DNA of 37,695 nucleotides from a virus (Duplodnaviria; Heunggongvirae; Uroviricota; Caudoviricetes): IMG/VR virus record IMGVR_UViG_2541047812_000003; one strand, 5' to 3'. Shown piece by piece: positions 8,301 to 16,405 of this stretch (position 1 is its first letter; each line of letters starts with the position of its first letter). The notes under the pieces were generated by a model. It saw only the letters and a program-made list of their open reading frames with translations, ran no database searches and was not told where the DNA came from. The position numbers and the translations under genes were made by a program.

Positions 8301-9445
8301 ACAGTTTAACGGCAAATAACCGTTTGTCGCAACAGCTGGTGGTCAGTGTCGCTGAACACCTGTTGTTACGGCATGAATGCAGATTACCAAATCACCTGGC
8401 TGTAAGTAACCACAGAGAACTTTACCTGACTGTGGGGGGCGAGTTGTGCAGGAACTTAACCGCTGGTTTCGTGACGGAAGAGGACTTTATGTTCATGTTA
8501 TTCGTTGGGAGCCAGAAACACAGCGCGTTATCTATCTTCGCAAAGACTACCCGCATGAGTGCTTTAGTCCTTTGTGGAAATTCAGGCGTGATTTTGTTGA
8601 GTGTGAAGGACCACCAGCACATTGATTCTGCCATTCCGGGACGTTACACTGTTCAGGCACCTTATAAAGCGGGTGCCGGGATTGGCGTCCTGGAGAAGGC
8701 TACCGCGTACAACCGCGTAGATGCGGTTTTTTTGTACGCATTATTTTGTCACGCCCAAATTATGGTGGGGCGTACAGGGGCATCGCAAGATGCGCCGGTA
8801 AGGGTAGCCGCCGGTAACGCCAACTCTGTACGTCTCACCACCTCTATGATTGGCGTCTTATGTGGTGAGTTTTTTAAGCTTGCTACCGAGGCTGCCATTA
8901 TGGCTACGATCCCAACCTTTGTTCACCCTGAAATCACGATCATCAATGGTCGTGCTGTCACTACATCTCTTGCAGTTGCTAACTACTTTACTAAACGGCA
9001 CGAGCGGGTTTTAGATAGAATTCGAAACCTTGAATGCTCCGCTGAATTTGCTGAACACAATTTTGTGTTAAGTGGTTATACCGACGCTTCAGGCCGCAAA
9101 CTACCTTGCTATCAAATAACCCGCGATGGCTTTGCGTTTCTTGCTATGGGTTTCACGGGTAAACGTGCTGCCCAGTTCAAAGAGGCATACATCAATGCCT
9201 TTAACCAGATGGAGAAACAGCTTTCAAAGCCCGCTGTACCGAGCGACGTTGCACATAACGCCAGCGTTCTCTATTCCTACATTTCATCAATTCATCAGGT
9301 CTGGTTGCAGCAGCTTTATCCCATGCTGGAAAAAGCTGAATCACCTCTGGCTGTAAGTCTGTATGACCGAATTAACGATGCGGCATTTCTTGCCCGTCTT
9401 ATTCATTCGTCGCTGAACTCTTCAGAGGTAAGGGGGCGCAAATGA
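8297..9445 (+). CDS. Rha-family phage regulatory protein (Rha motif in the C-terminal half; start uncertain, alternative ATG at 8900)
   Basis: Rha-type motif GRAVTTSLAVANYFTKRHERVLDRIRNL at residues ~215-245; ATG at 8900 has a GAGG Shine-Dalgarno; the upstream 200 codons are open in frame but match no recognised domain. Confidence 0.6.
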   Translation: MNSLTANNRLSQQLVVSVAEHLLLRHECRLPNHLAVSNHRELYLTVGGELCRNLTAGFVTEEDFMFMLFVGSQKHSALSIFAKTTRMSALVLCGNSGVILLSVKDHQHIDSAIPGRYTVQAPYKAGAGIGVLEKATAYNRVDAVFLYALFCHAQIMVGRTGASQDAPVRVAAGNANSVRLTTSMIGVLCGEFFKLATEAAIMATIPTFVHPEITIINGRAVTTSLAVANYFTKRHERVLDRIRNLECSAEFAEHNFVLSGYTDASGRKLPCYQITRDGFAFLAMGFTGKRAAQFKEAYINAFNQMEKQLSKPAVPSDVAHNASVLYSYISSIHQVWLQQLYPMLEKAESPLAVSLYDRINDAAFLARLIHSSLNSSEVRGRK

Positions 9446-9666
9446 TCCGGAATATTTTCAAACGATTTACCAATCAGACTTTCCGTTGTCCTCGCCCCGG
9501 TCAGTGGTACACCACGCCTGCAGGGCATGTTCTACGTGTTAGCCTGGTTGACCGTGAATGTCAGAAGGTGGTTTGTGAACCGCTGGGCCGTAATTACCGC
9601 GTCAGTATGCCGCTTATAGCCTTTCGCTCCGGAAAAAACATGAAGCATCTCGGAGGTGCAGCATGA
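9442..9666 (+). CDS. small hypothetical protein (74 aa)
   Basis: ORF overlapping the stop of the upstream gene and the start of the downstream gene (operon-style coupling); no family recognised. Confidence 0.4.
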   Translation: MIRNIFKRFTNQTFRCPRPGQWYTTPAGHVLRVSLVDRECQKVVCEPLGRNYRVSMPLIAFRSGKNMKHLGGAA

Positions 9667-10481
9667 GTATGGAGCTGATGGTTAAAGCGATGAAAATTCG
9701 AGTGGGTAATCCATTGCGAAAACTGGTTCTGATCAAGCTGGCTGATAATGCCAGCGATCAGGGTGAGTGCTGGCCCAGCTATCAGCATATTGCTGACCAG
9801 TGCGAGATTAGCAAACGTTCTGTGATGAATCATATTGCGGCCCTTTGTGAGTCCGGGCTGGTAAAAAAAGTCACCCGGAAAGGTGAAAAAGGTAACTCAA
9901 GTAATATCTATCTCCTTCATCTGGATGGTGCAGGAGATTCACTAGGGGGTAGTGCAAATAATTCACTATCTGGTGCAGCAAATTCACCAGGTAGTGCAGG
10001 AGTTGCACCAGGGGGTAGTGCAGGAGATTCACCCAGAACCAGTCACTCTTTTGAACCAGTCAAAGAACCAGTCAATGAACCAATAGCTGTTGGTGCATCA
10101 GTTGATGAGTCCGTGCGAGTTCGTTCAAACCGACCGGAATACTCTCCGGAGTTTGAGCAGGCATGGCTGGTATATCCCAAACGTGCTGGTGGCAATTCAA
10201 AATCTGCAGCCTTCAAAGCCTGGAAAGCCCGTTTGAATGAGGGGGTAAACCCCGAAACCATGCTGGAAGGTGTGAAACGCTACGCGGGCTGGGTATCTGC
10301 GATGGGTAACAGCGGCACACAATTTGTGAAACAGGCTGTCACGTTCTTTGGTCCGGATCGTCATTTCGAAGAATCCTGGGAAGTTCCTGCGGTATCTGCA
10401 GCCAGACGCGAGGACCCGTACTTCAAAGCCAGTTACGACAACGTGGATTACAGCCAGATCCCGGCAGGATTCAGGGGGTGA
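9663..10481 (+). CDS. phage replication protein (N-terminal winged-HTH, Gly/Ser/Ala-rich linker, C-terminal domain)
   Basis: GGAGG Shine-Dalgarno 6 nt before ATG; N-terminus resembles HTH replication initiators (LADNASDQGECWPSYQHIADQCEISKRSVMNHIAAL); internal iteron-like DNA repeats. Confidence 0.7.
   Translation: MSMELMVKAMKIRVGNPLRKLVLIKLADNASDQGECWPSYQHIADQCEISKRSVMNHIAALCESGLVKKVTRKGEKGNSSNIYLLHLDGAGDSLGGSANNSLSGAANSPGSAGVAPGGSAGDSPRTSHSFEPVKEPVNEPIAVGASVDESVRVRSNRPEYSPEFEQAWLVYPKRAGGNSKSAAFKAWKARLNEGVNPETMLEGVKRYAGWVSAMGNSGTQFVKQAVTFFGPDRHFEESWEVPAVSAARREDPYFKASYDNVDYSQIPAGFRG
9927..10032 (+). repeat. five 16-bp iteron-like direct repeats (RGTGCA..A..T.CAC) at 21-24 bp spacing inside the replication gene
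   Basis: GGTGCAGGAGATTCAC, AGTGCAAATAATTCAC, GGTGCAGCAAATTCAC, AGTGCAGGAGTTGCAC, AGTGCAGGAGATTCAC; coordinates computed from codon positions; followed by GAACCAGTCA repeats at ~10035-10082. Confidence 0.55.
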
Positions 10482-10483
10482 TC

Positions 10484-10972
10484 ATGAGTCTTTTGAATGA
10501 AGTTCAGAAATTCATTGAAGCCCATCCGGGGTGTACTTCCGGAGACATTGCGGATGCTTTTGCAGGTTACTCACGGCAGCGCGTTCTGCAGTCAGCAAGC
10601 AAGTTACGTCAGAGTGGGCGTGTGGCTCACCGTTGTGAAGGAGATACACGCAGACATTTCCCGCGCCTGACTGAGAGAGCGCAGGAACCGGAACCACAAC
10701 CAGTTCGAGAAACCAGACCTGTGCGCAATTTCTATGTCGGCACTAACGATCCACGGGTGATTTTGTGCCTGACCCGCCAGGCTGAAGAACTGGAGTCCAG
10801 GGGCTTATACCGTCGTGCTGCAACCGTGTGGATGGCGGCATTCCGTGAAAGCCACTCCCAGCCAGAACGAAACAATTTTCTGGCGCGTCGTGAGCGGTGC
10901 TTACGGAAAAGCAGCAAGCGCGCTGCATCGGGTGAAGAGTGGTATCTGTCAGGGAATTACGTGGGGGCTTAA
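10484..10972 (+). CDS. putative regulatory protein, possibly PerC-like (tentative)
   Basis: ATG with AGGGGG Shine-Dalgarno; motif LESRGLYRRAATVWMAAF resembles the PerC/Pch-family core as recalled from memory; no search run. Confidence 0.45.
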   Translation: MSLLNEVQKFIEAHPGCTSGDIADAFAGYSRQRVLQSASKLRQSGRVAHRCEGDTRRHFPRLTERAQEPEPQPVRETRPVRNFYVGTNDPRVILCLTRQAEELESRGLYRRAATVWMAAFRESHSQPERNNFLARRERCLRKSSKRAASGEEWYLSGNYVGA

Positions 10973-11625
10973 TGAGTAATAAATATTGCCAGGCGCTGGT
11001 GGAACTGCGGAACAAACCAGCCCATGAACTGAAGGAAGTGGGCGATCAGTGGCGCACGCCGGACAACATTTTCTGGGGAATTAACACCCTGTTTGGCCCG
11101 TTTGTTCTGGATCTGTTTACTGACGGTGATAACGCCAAATGTGCCGCGTATTACACGGCGGAAGATAACGCGCTGGCGCATGACTGGTCAGAACGTCTTG
11201 CGGAGCTTAAAGGTGCTGCCTTTGGTAATCCCCCATACAGCCGCGCCAGTCAGCATGAGGGGCAATACATCACCGGCATGCGTTACATCATGAAACATGC
11301 CAGTGCCATGCGTGATAAGGGCGGGCGCTATGTTTTCCTGATCAAAGCTGCCACCAGCGAAGTGTGGTGGCCGGAAGATGCGGACCATATTGCTTTTATT
11401 CGCGGGCGTATTGGTTTTGAACTGCCTGCCTGGTTTATCCCGAAAGACGAGAAGCAGGTGCCGACAGGCGCTTTCTTCGCTGGTGCTATTGCTGTTTTCG
11501 ACAAGACCTGGAAGGGACCGGCAATCAGCTACATCGGGCGCGATGAACTTGAGGCATGTGGTGAGGCCTTTCTGGCGCAGGTTCGCCAGCAGGCAGAAAA
11601 ACTTGTCAGGGAGATGGCGGCATGA
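10972..11625 (+). CDS. phage DNA N6-adenine methyltransferase (Dam-like, orphan)
   Basis: Start at internal ATG (MSNKYCQALVELR...) overlapping the upstream stop (TAATG) with GGGGG Shine-Dalgarno; catalytic NPPY motif (AFGNPPYS); no adjacent restriction endonuclease gene. Confidence 0.8.
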   Translation: MSNKYCQALVELRNKPAHELKEVGDQWRTPDNIFWGINTLFGPFVLDLFTDGDNAKCAAYYTAEDNALAHDWSERLAELKGAAFGNPPYSRASQHEGQYITGMRYIMKHASAMRDKGGRYVFLIKAATSEVWWPEDADHIAFIRGRIGFELPAWFIPKDEKQVPTGAFFAGAIAVFDKTWKGPAISYIGRDELEACGEAFLAQVRQQAEKLVREMAA

Positions 11626-11948
11626 CGACGTTAACTCAATGCCAGCAGCAGGTGCTGGATATGCTGATTTCTTACCAGAAAGAGCGTGGCTTTCCGCCAA
11701 CCAATCAGGAGGTGGCAACCATGCTGGGATATCGTTCAGTGAATGCAGCGGTGGAGCATCTTCGCGCACTGGAGAAAAAAGGCGTCATCACGATAAAGCG
11801 TGGTGTGGCCCGGGGGATCACGCTTCATACCGTGGTGAAGGACGACGACAGCGAGGCGGTCGGGATTATCCGCTCACTGCTTGCCGGTGAGGAAAACGCA
11901 AGGCTGCGTGCAACTCACTGGTTACATGAGAGAGGCCTGAAAGTATGA
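11622..11948 (+). CDS. LexA N-terminal DNA-binding-domain protein (108 aa, no S24 peptidase domain)
   Basis: MTTLTQCQQQVLDMLISYQKERGFPPTNQEVATMLGYRSVNAAVEHLRALEKKGVITIKRGVARGITL follows the LexA winged-HTH domain pattern position by position (from memory of LexA); protein ends before any peptidase domain. Confidence 0.7.
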   Translation: MTTLTQCQQQVLDMLISYQKERGFPPTNQEVATMLGYRSVNAAVEHLRALEKKGVITIKRGVARGITLHTVVKDDDSEAVGIIRSLLAGEENARLRATHWLHERGLKV

Positions 11949-12334
11949 AGCTGATCCTGCCTTTCCCGCCCAGCGTGAACACGTACTGGCGACACCCCAA
12001 CAAAGGGGCATTTGCTGGTAAGAGCCTGATAAGCGCGGCGGGGCGAAAATTTCAGAGCGCGGCGTGTGCAGCAATAGTTGAGCAGTTACGTCGTCTGCCA
12101 AAACCAACGTCGGCACCTGCTTCAGTGGAGATCGTGTTGTTTCCTCCGGATAACCGTATCCGCGATCTGGACAACTATAACAAGGCGCTGTTTGACGCCC
12201 TGACCCACGCGGGTGTGTGGGAAGACGACAGTCAGGTGAAAAGAATGCTGGTGGAGTGGGGACCGGTTATCCCGGAAGGGAAGGTCGAGATCACTATCAG
12301 TAAGTACGAGAAAACGGCGGGTGCAGCCGCCTGA
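11945..12334 (+). CDS. rusA: RusA-family Holliday junction resolvase
   Basis: 129 aa; conserved RusA pattern (LPFPPSVNTYWRH..., RDLDNYNKALFDALTHAGVWEDDSQV) including the catalytic Asp cluster. Confidence 0.85.
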   Translation: MKLILPFPPSVNTYWRHPNKGAFAGKSLISAAGRKFQSAACAAIVEQLRRLPKPTSAPASVEIVLFPPDNRIRDLDNYNKALFDALTHAGVWEDDSQVKRMLVEWGPVIPEGKVEITISKYEKTAGAAA

Positions 12335-12353
12335 TCAAGAGGAGAAACGAAGT

Positions 12354-13151
12354 ATGAATAATCTGATGGTCATTGATGGTATTGAAGTTCGTCGTGATGC
12401 TTTTGGGCGTTACAGCCTGAACGATCTGCACAGGGCTGCCGGTTCTCTGGATAAGCATAAGCCTGCATTCTGGCTCCGCAATGAGCAAACTGAACGTTTA
12501 ATAAGCGAGTTGCAGATTTGCAACTCGGTCAATATAGAGCCAGTTAACGTTATTCGTGGCGGAAATAACCAGGGGACGTATGTCTGCAAAGAACTGGTGT
12601 ATGCCTATGCAATGTGGATCAGCCCGTCATTCCATCTGAAGGTGATCCGTACTTTCGACATGGTAACCAGCGCACCGGAAAAATTATCCGGACAGGCTGC
12701 TGACAAGATGCAGGCTGGTGTGATTCTGCTGGACTTTATGCGCCGGGAATTAAACCTGTCTAACTCTTCAGTGCTTGGGGCCTGTCAGAAACTCCAGGAG
12801 GCTGTTGGCTTACCGAATCTGGCACCGCGCTATGCCATTGATGCTCCTGCTGACGCGCCTGATGGCTCAAGTCGCCCTACGCTGTCGCTGAGTGCACTGC
12901 TGAAACAGTATGGTATCCGCCTTACGGCTAATCAGGCATATCACCAGATGGCGAAGCTGGGGATCGTCGAACAGCGCGAACGATACAGCCGTACAGCGAT
13001 TAACAACATCAAAAAATTCTGGTCGCTGACGGCGAAAGGCTGCATGTTCGGCAAGAACATCACCAGTCCCGCAAATCCGCGCGAGACGCAGCCGCATTTC
13101 TTCGAATCCCGATTCCCTGAGCTGTTAAAGCTGCTCGATACCGTTCATTGA
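12354..13151 (+). CDS. KilA-N domain DNA-binding protein
   Basis: Start at internal ATG (MNNLMVIDG...) with AGGAG Shine-Dalgarno; N-terminal KilA-N-like region (YSLNDLHRAAG...KPAFWLRNEQTE...QGTYVCKELVYAYAMWISP). Confidence 0.7.
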   Translation: MNNLMVIDGIEVRRDAFGRYSLNDLHRAAGSLDKHKPAFWLRNEQTERLISELQICNSVNIEPVNVIRGGNNQGTYVCKELVYAYAMWISPSFHLKVIRTFDMVTSAPEKLSGQAADKMQAGVILLDFMRRELNLSNSSVLGACQKLQEAVGLPNLAPRYAIDAPADAPDGSSRPTLSLSALLKQYGIRLTANQAYHQMAKLGIVEQRERYSRTAINNIKKFWSLTAKGCMFGKNITSPANPRETQPHFFESRFPELLKLLDTVH

Positions 13152-13152
13152 G

Positions 13153-14148
13153 GTGACTGTGAGAGCACTACTGACCCCTGAAATTGCCCCGCGTATGGGG
13201 ATCGTATTGTTCAGACCTGGTTCAGAGCTGATGCCCCTGTTTATGCAGGGGCGTGTCCTGCTGGAGCCTGAGCCGGAACGTTATTCATCTTTCGCCAGCG
13301 GTGCCGTTCCGGCGGCATCACAACCGCTGGCGGATGATCCTGCCGTTCGGGCCGTGTTCCGCAATGAGGCAGTGATCCGTCGTGCTGGTGGCGTGGAATG
13401 TCTTGAAAGCTGGTTACTTCGTGAAAAAGGCTGCCAGTGGCCTCATTCCGACTGGCACAGCGAGAACATGACCACAATGCGACACGCGCCGGGCGCAATC
13501 CGTCTGTGCTGGCACTGCGATAACCAGCTGCGCGATCAGTTCACGGAACGGCTGGAATCAATGGCAACGGATAACTGTGCCCGCTGGGTGTTGTCTGTTG
13601 TGCGTCGGGATCTCGGTTTTGATGACAGTCACGTTGTGACAATGCCGGAACTGTGCTGGTGGCTGGTTCGTAATGATCTGGCGGATGCCTTACCGGAAAG
13701 TGCAGCCCGTAAGGCACTGAGATTACCGAAGCCTGTTGTGCCGTCTGTCACCCGGGAAAGTGACCTTGTGCCTTCGGTTCCTGCCACCAGCATCATCCAG
13801 GATAAGGCAAAAAAGGTGCTGGCGCTGAAAGTGGATCCGGAGTCGCCGGAGTCTTTTATGTTACGCCCAAAACGTCGCCGCTGGGTTAACGAAAAGTACA
13901 CGCGCTGGGTTAAGACGCAGCCGTGCGCATGTTGTGGAAAGCCTGCTGATGATCCCCACCATCTGATAGGCCACGGTCAGGGGGGAATGGGTACAAAAGC
14001 GCATGACCTCTTTGTGTTGCCTTTGTGCAGAAAGCATCACGACGAGCTGCATGCGGATACCGTGGCATTTGAAGAGAAGTATGGCTCCCAGCTGGAGCTG
14101 ATATTTCGTTTTATCGATCGTGCGCTGGCAATAGGCGTACTGGCGTAA
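13153..14148 (+). CDS. DUF968-like phage protein (C-terminal His/Cys-rich putative nuclease motif)
   Basis: C-terminus CACCGKPADDPHHLIGHGQGGMGTKAHDLFVLPLCRKHHDELH typical of the DUF968 family in lambdoid nin regions (from memory); start codon uncertain (GTG at 13153 or 13159). Confidence 0.6.
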   Translation: MTVRALLTPEIAPRMGIVLFRPGSELMPLFMQGRVLLEPEPERYSSFASGAVPAASQPLADDPAVRAVFRNEAVIRRAGGVECLESWLLREKGCQWPHSDWHSENMTTMRHAPGAIRLCWHCDNQLRDQFTERLESMATDNCARWVLSVVRRDLGFDDSHVVTMPELCWWLVRNDLADALPESAARKALRLPKPVVPSVTRESDLVPSVPATSIIQDKAKKVLALKVDPESPESFMLRPKRRRWVNEKYTRWVKTQPCACCGKPADDPHHLIGHGQGGMGTKAHDLFVLPLCRKHHDELHADTVAFEEKYGSQLELIFRFIDRALAIGVLA

Positions 14149-14161
14149 GTGGAGAACGAGC

Positions 14162-14914
14162 ATGAACCTTGAAGCCTTACCGAAATATTACTCCCCGAAA
14201 TCTCCAAAACTGAGCGATGACGCACCGGCGACAGGCTCTGGTGGTTTAACGATTACGGATGTGATGGCTGCGCAGGGGATGGTGCAGTCGAAAGCACCGC
14301 TTGGGTTTGCCTTATTCCTGGCAAAAGTTGGTGTTCAGGATCCTCAGTTTGCGATTGAAGGTCTGCTCAATTACGCGATGGCACTGGATAACCCGACATT
14401 GAATAAATTGAGTGAAGAAACCCGGCTACAGATCATTCCTTACCTTGTGAATTTTGCCTTTGCTGATTATTCCAGGTCTGCGGCAAGTAAGTCTCGCTGT
14501 GAGCATTGTGCTGGTACTGGATTTCATAATGTATTGCGCGAGGTGGTGAAACACTCCAGAAGCGGGGAATCTGTTATCAAGGAAGAGTGGGTGAAGGAAC
14601 TATGTCAGCATTGTCATGGTAAGGGAGAAGTCAGCACAGCGTGCAGAGGGTGTAAGGGTAAAGGTATTGTCCTGGATGAAAAAAGGACCCGGCTTCATGG
14701 CACGCCTGTTTATAAGATTTGTGGGCGTTGCAATGGAAACCGGTTTAGCCGTTTACCTACCACACTGGCACGGCATCATGTCCAGAAGCTGGTACCAGAC
14801 TTGACGGATTATCAGTGGTACAAAGGATATGCAGATGTCATTGATAAACTGGTTACAAAGTGCTGGCAGGAAGAAGCATATGCTGAGGTGCAATTAAGAA
14901 AAGTGACGAAATAA
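14162..14914 (+). CDS. late-gene antitermination protein Q (lambdoid Q family)
   Basis: 250 aa with Cys-rich zinc-binding region (CEHCAGTG...CQHCHGKGE...CRGCKGKG...CGRCNGN); GGAG Shine-Dalgarno; positioned just upstream of a late promoter and the lysis cassette. Confidence 0.8.
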   Translation: MNLEALPKYYSPKSPKLSDDAPATGSGGLTITDVMAAQGMVQSKAPLGFALFLAKVGVQDPQFAIEGLLNYAMALDNPTLNKLSEETRLQIIPYLVNFAFADYSRSAASKSRCEHCAGTGFHNVLREVVKHSRSGESVIKEEWVKELCQHCHGKGEVSTACRGCKGKGIVLDEKRTRLHGTPVYKICGRCNGNRFSRLPTTLARHHVQKLVPDLTDYQWYKGYADVIDKLVTKCWQEEAYAEVQLRKVTK

Positions 14915-14945
14915 ATGATTTTCGCCGAAGATAGCGACATGATGC

Positions 14946-14974
14946 TTGCATTTTTCAAAAAACATGGATAAAAT
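14946..14974 (+). promoter_or_regulatory. candidate late promoter (pR'-like) TTGCAT-N17-TAAAAT
   Basis: Good sigma70 match 32 bp after the Q stop; followed at ~15022-15042 by a short hairpin (CACC-TCG-GGTG) and a T9 run, consistent with a tR'-like terminator that Q would override. Confidence 0.4.
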
Positions 14975-15053
14975 GTTTTCAACAATGGGCTTTGTATAAC
15001 TACCATTTACTATGATAACCTCACCTCGGTGGGTTTTTTTTTGTGGTGGAGTT

Positions 15054-15602
15054 ATGGAATTGACTAAGGAAAACGTTGCTCTTTTAGCGGCTTTGGGTGT
15101 TTTTGTTGGTACTGTTATTTCGAATGTAATGACTTATTTAATTCATTATTCGAAACAAAAGAATGAATGGGTTAAAGAAAATAAAAAGAAAAAAATAGAG
15201 AAGGCCGAAGAGTTATACAGAAACTTAGTTCTTTGGAAAAAATCAGTATTCCAAACTCATAGTGATTGGGTTCTTCTTGTAGGAGGTAATCTATCTATAG
15301 AACAAACGCTTGATAAAACCATCGAGCGAAATCTTAACACGCCAGAGTTTTGTAAAATTTCTGAATTGTCATCAATTCTTGCTGGTATTTATTTTCCGGA
15401 TGTGGCGCTTCAGATTAAAAAGGCGCAAAAAGAATTGAAGCCAGCTAATGATATTTATTTTAGTATCATGAATGGCTCAAGACCTAAAAATATAAATGAA
15501 GCTATAGCCACTATTTTGGATGCTGGGGGGGAATTCGATAAATCTGTGGATAAAATACTGGAAGGTCTTTCATGTGAAATTTCTGAAATGATGAGTAAGT
15601 AA
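15054..15602 (+). CDS. hypothetical membrane-anchored protein (182 aa), low-GC cargo gene between Q and the lysis genes
   Basis: Internal ATG with GGTGGAG Shine-Dalgarno; N-terminal hydrophobic helix (ALLAALGVFVGTVISNVMTYLI) then a Lys/Glu-rich soluble domain; strongly AT-rich versus flanks; no family recognised. Confidence 0.55.
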   Translation: MELTKENVALLAALGVFVGTVISNVMTYLIHYSKQKNEWVKENKKKKIEKAEELYRNLVLWKKSVFQTHSDWVLLVGGNLSIEQTLDKTIERNLNTPEFCKISELSSILAGIYFPDVALQIKKAQKELKPANDIYFSIMNGSRPKNINEAIATILDAGGEFDKSVDKILEGLSCEISEMMSK

Positions 15603-15750
15603 TTGCATCTATCTTTTGAGCCTCTGCTTAGTGGCTTTCTCATGATATGGGAATTATCTTTAATCATTACTTATATGAGCACCGTGAATATATTTTTCAT
15701 TCCCCTCATTAATTTCTGAGAGGATTCACAGTAATACCTATGGGGGGATT

Positions 15751-16137
15751 ATGTCCGATCCTATTTCTGGCTCCGGGTTGGCTGGAGGTGTCCTGACGGG
15801 AGCTAGTATCTATGGGTTGTTAACCGGAACTGATTACGGCGTTGTATTTGGCGCATTTGCAGGGGCTGTATTCTACATAGCAACAGCAGCAGATCTGAGT
15901 GCATCGCGCCGACTGGCATATTTTATCGTGTCATATATTGCCGGGATTCTTTGCTCTGGGTTGGTTGGCTCCAAGCTGGCGAACTTGACCGGATACAGTG
16001 ATAAACCTCTGGATGCTATTGGTGCCGTAATCGTCTCTGCTTTAGCCGTTAAAATCCTGACGTTCCTGAATAATCAGGATATCGGCTCGCTGGTGGCGCT
16101 CATAACGCGCCGGGGAGGTTCAGGTGGAGCTAAATGA
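15751..16137 (+). CDS. putative holin
   Basis: 128 aa with several hydrophobic segments and a charged C-terminus; GGGGGG Shine-Dalgarno; first gene of the lysis cassette upstream of the endolysin. Confidence 0.6.
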   Translation: MSDPISGSGLAGGVLTGASIYGLLTGTDYGVVFGAFAGAVFYIATAADLSASRRLAYFIVSYIAGILCSGLVGSKLANLTGYSDKPLDAIGAVIVSALAVKILTFLNNQDIGSLVALITRRGGSGGAK

Positions 16138-16405
16138 CCCGACAGCAACTATAAATGCGCTGTTATGTGCTTGTGTTGTTATTACTCTGATGTTTTATCG
16201 TCGTGGTGATTCGCGGCATCGTCCTTGGGTTTCACGTTTAGCCTGGCTGATTACTGTTACATACAGTGCTGTTCCGTTGGCCTATCTCTGTGGGATTTAT
16301 CCTCATTCCTCATGGCCCATTATCGTGGCGAACACTATTTTTCTTTCCGTGCTGGTGGCCGTCAGAGGCAACGTTGCACGTCTGGTTGATCATCTGAGGC
16401 ACTAA
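16124..16405 (+). CDS. lysis-cassette membrane protein (second holin or antiholin-like)
   Basis: 93 aa, mostly hydrophobic (three predicted helices); overlaps the upstream stop and ends at the endolysin start; start codon uncertain. Confidence 0.4.
   Translation: MELNDPTATINALLCACVVITLMFYRRGDSRHRPWVSRLAWLITVTYSAVPLAYLCGIYPHSSWPIIVANTIFLSVLVAVRGNVARLVDHLRH

Noticed and set aside
14915-15750. Shiga toxin or tRNA cargo at the Q-lysis junction
   Set aside because: No tRNA-like cloverleaf sequences and no ~320-aa plus ~90-aa gene pair; the junction holds a single unrelated membrane-protein gene.
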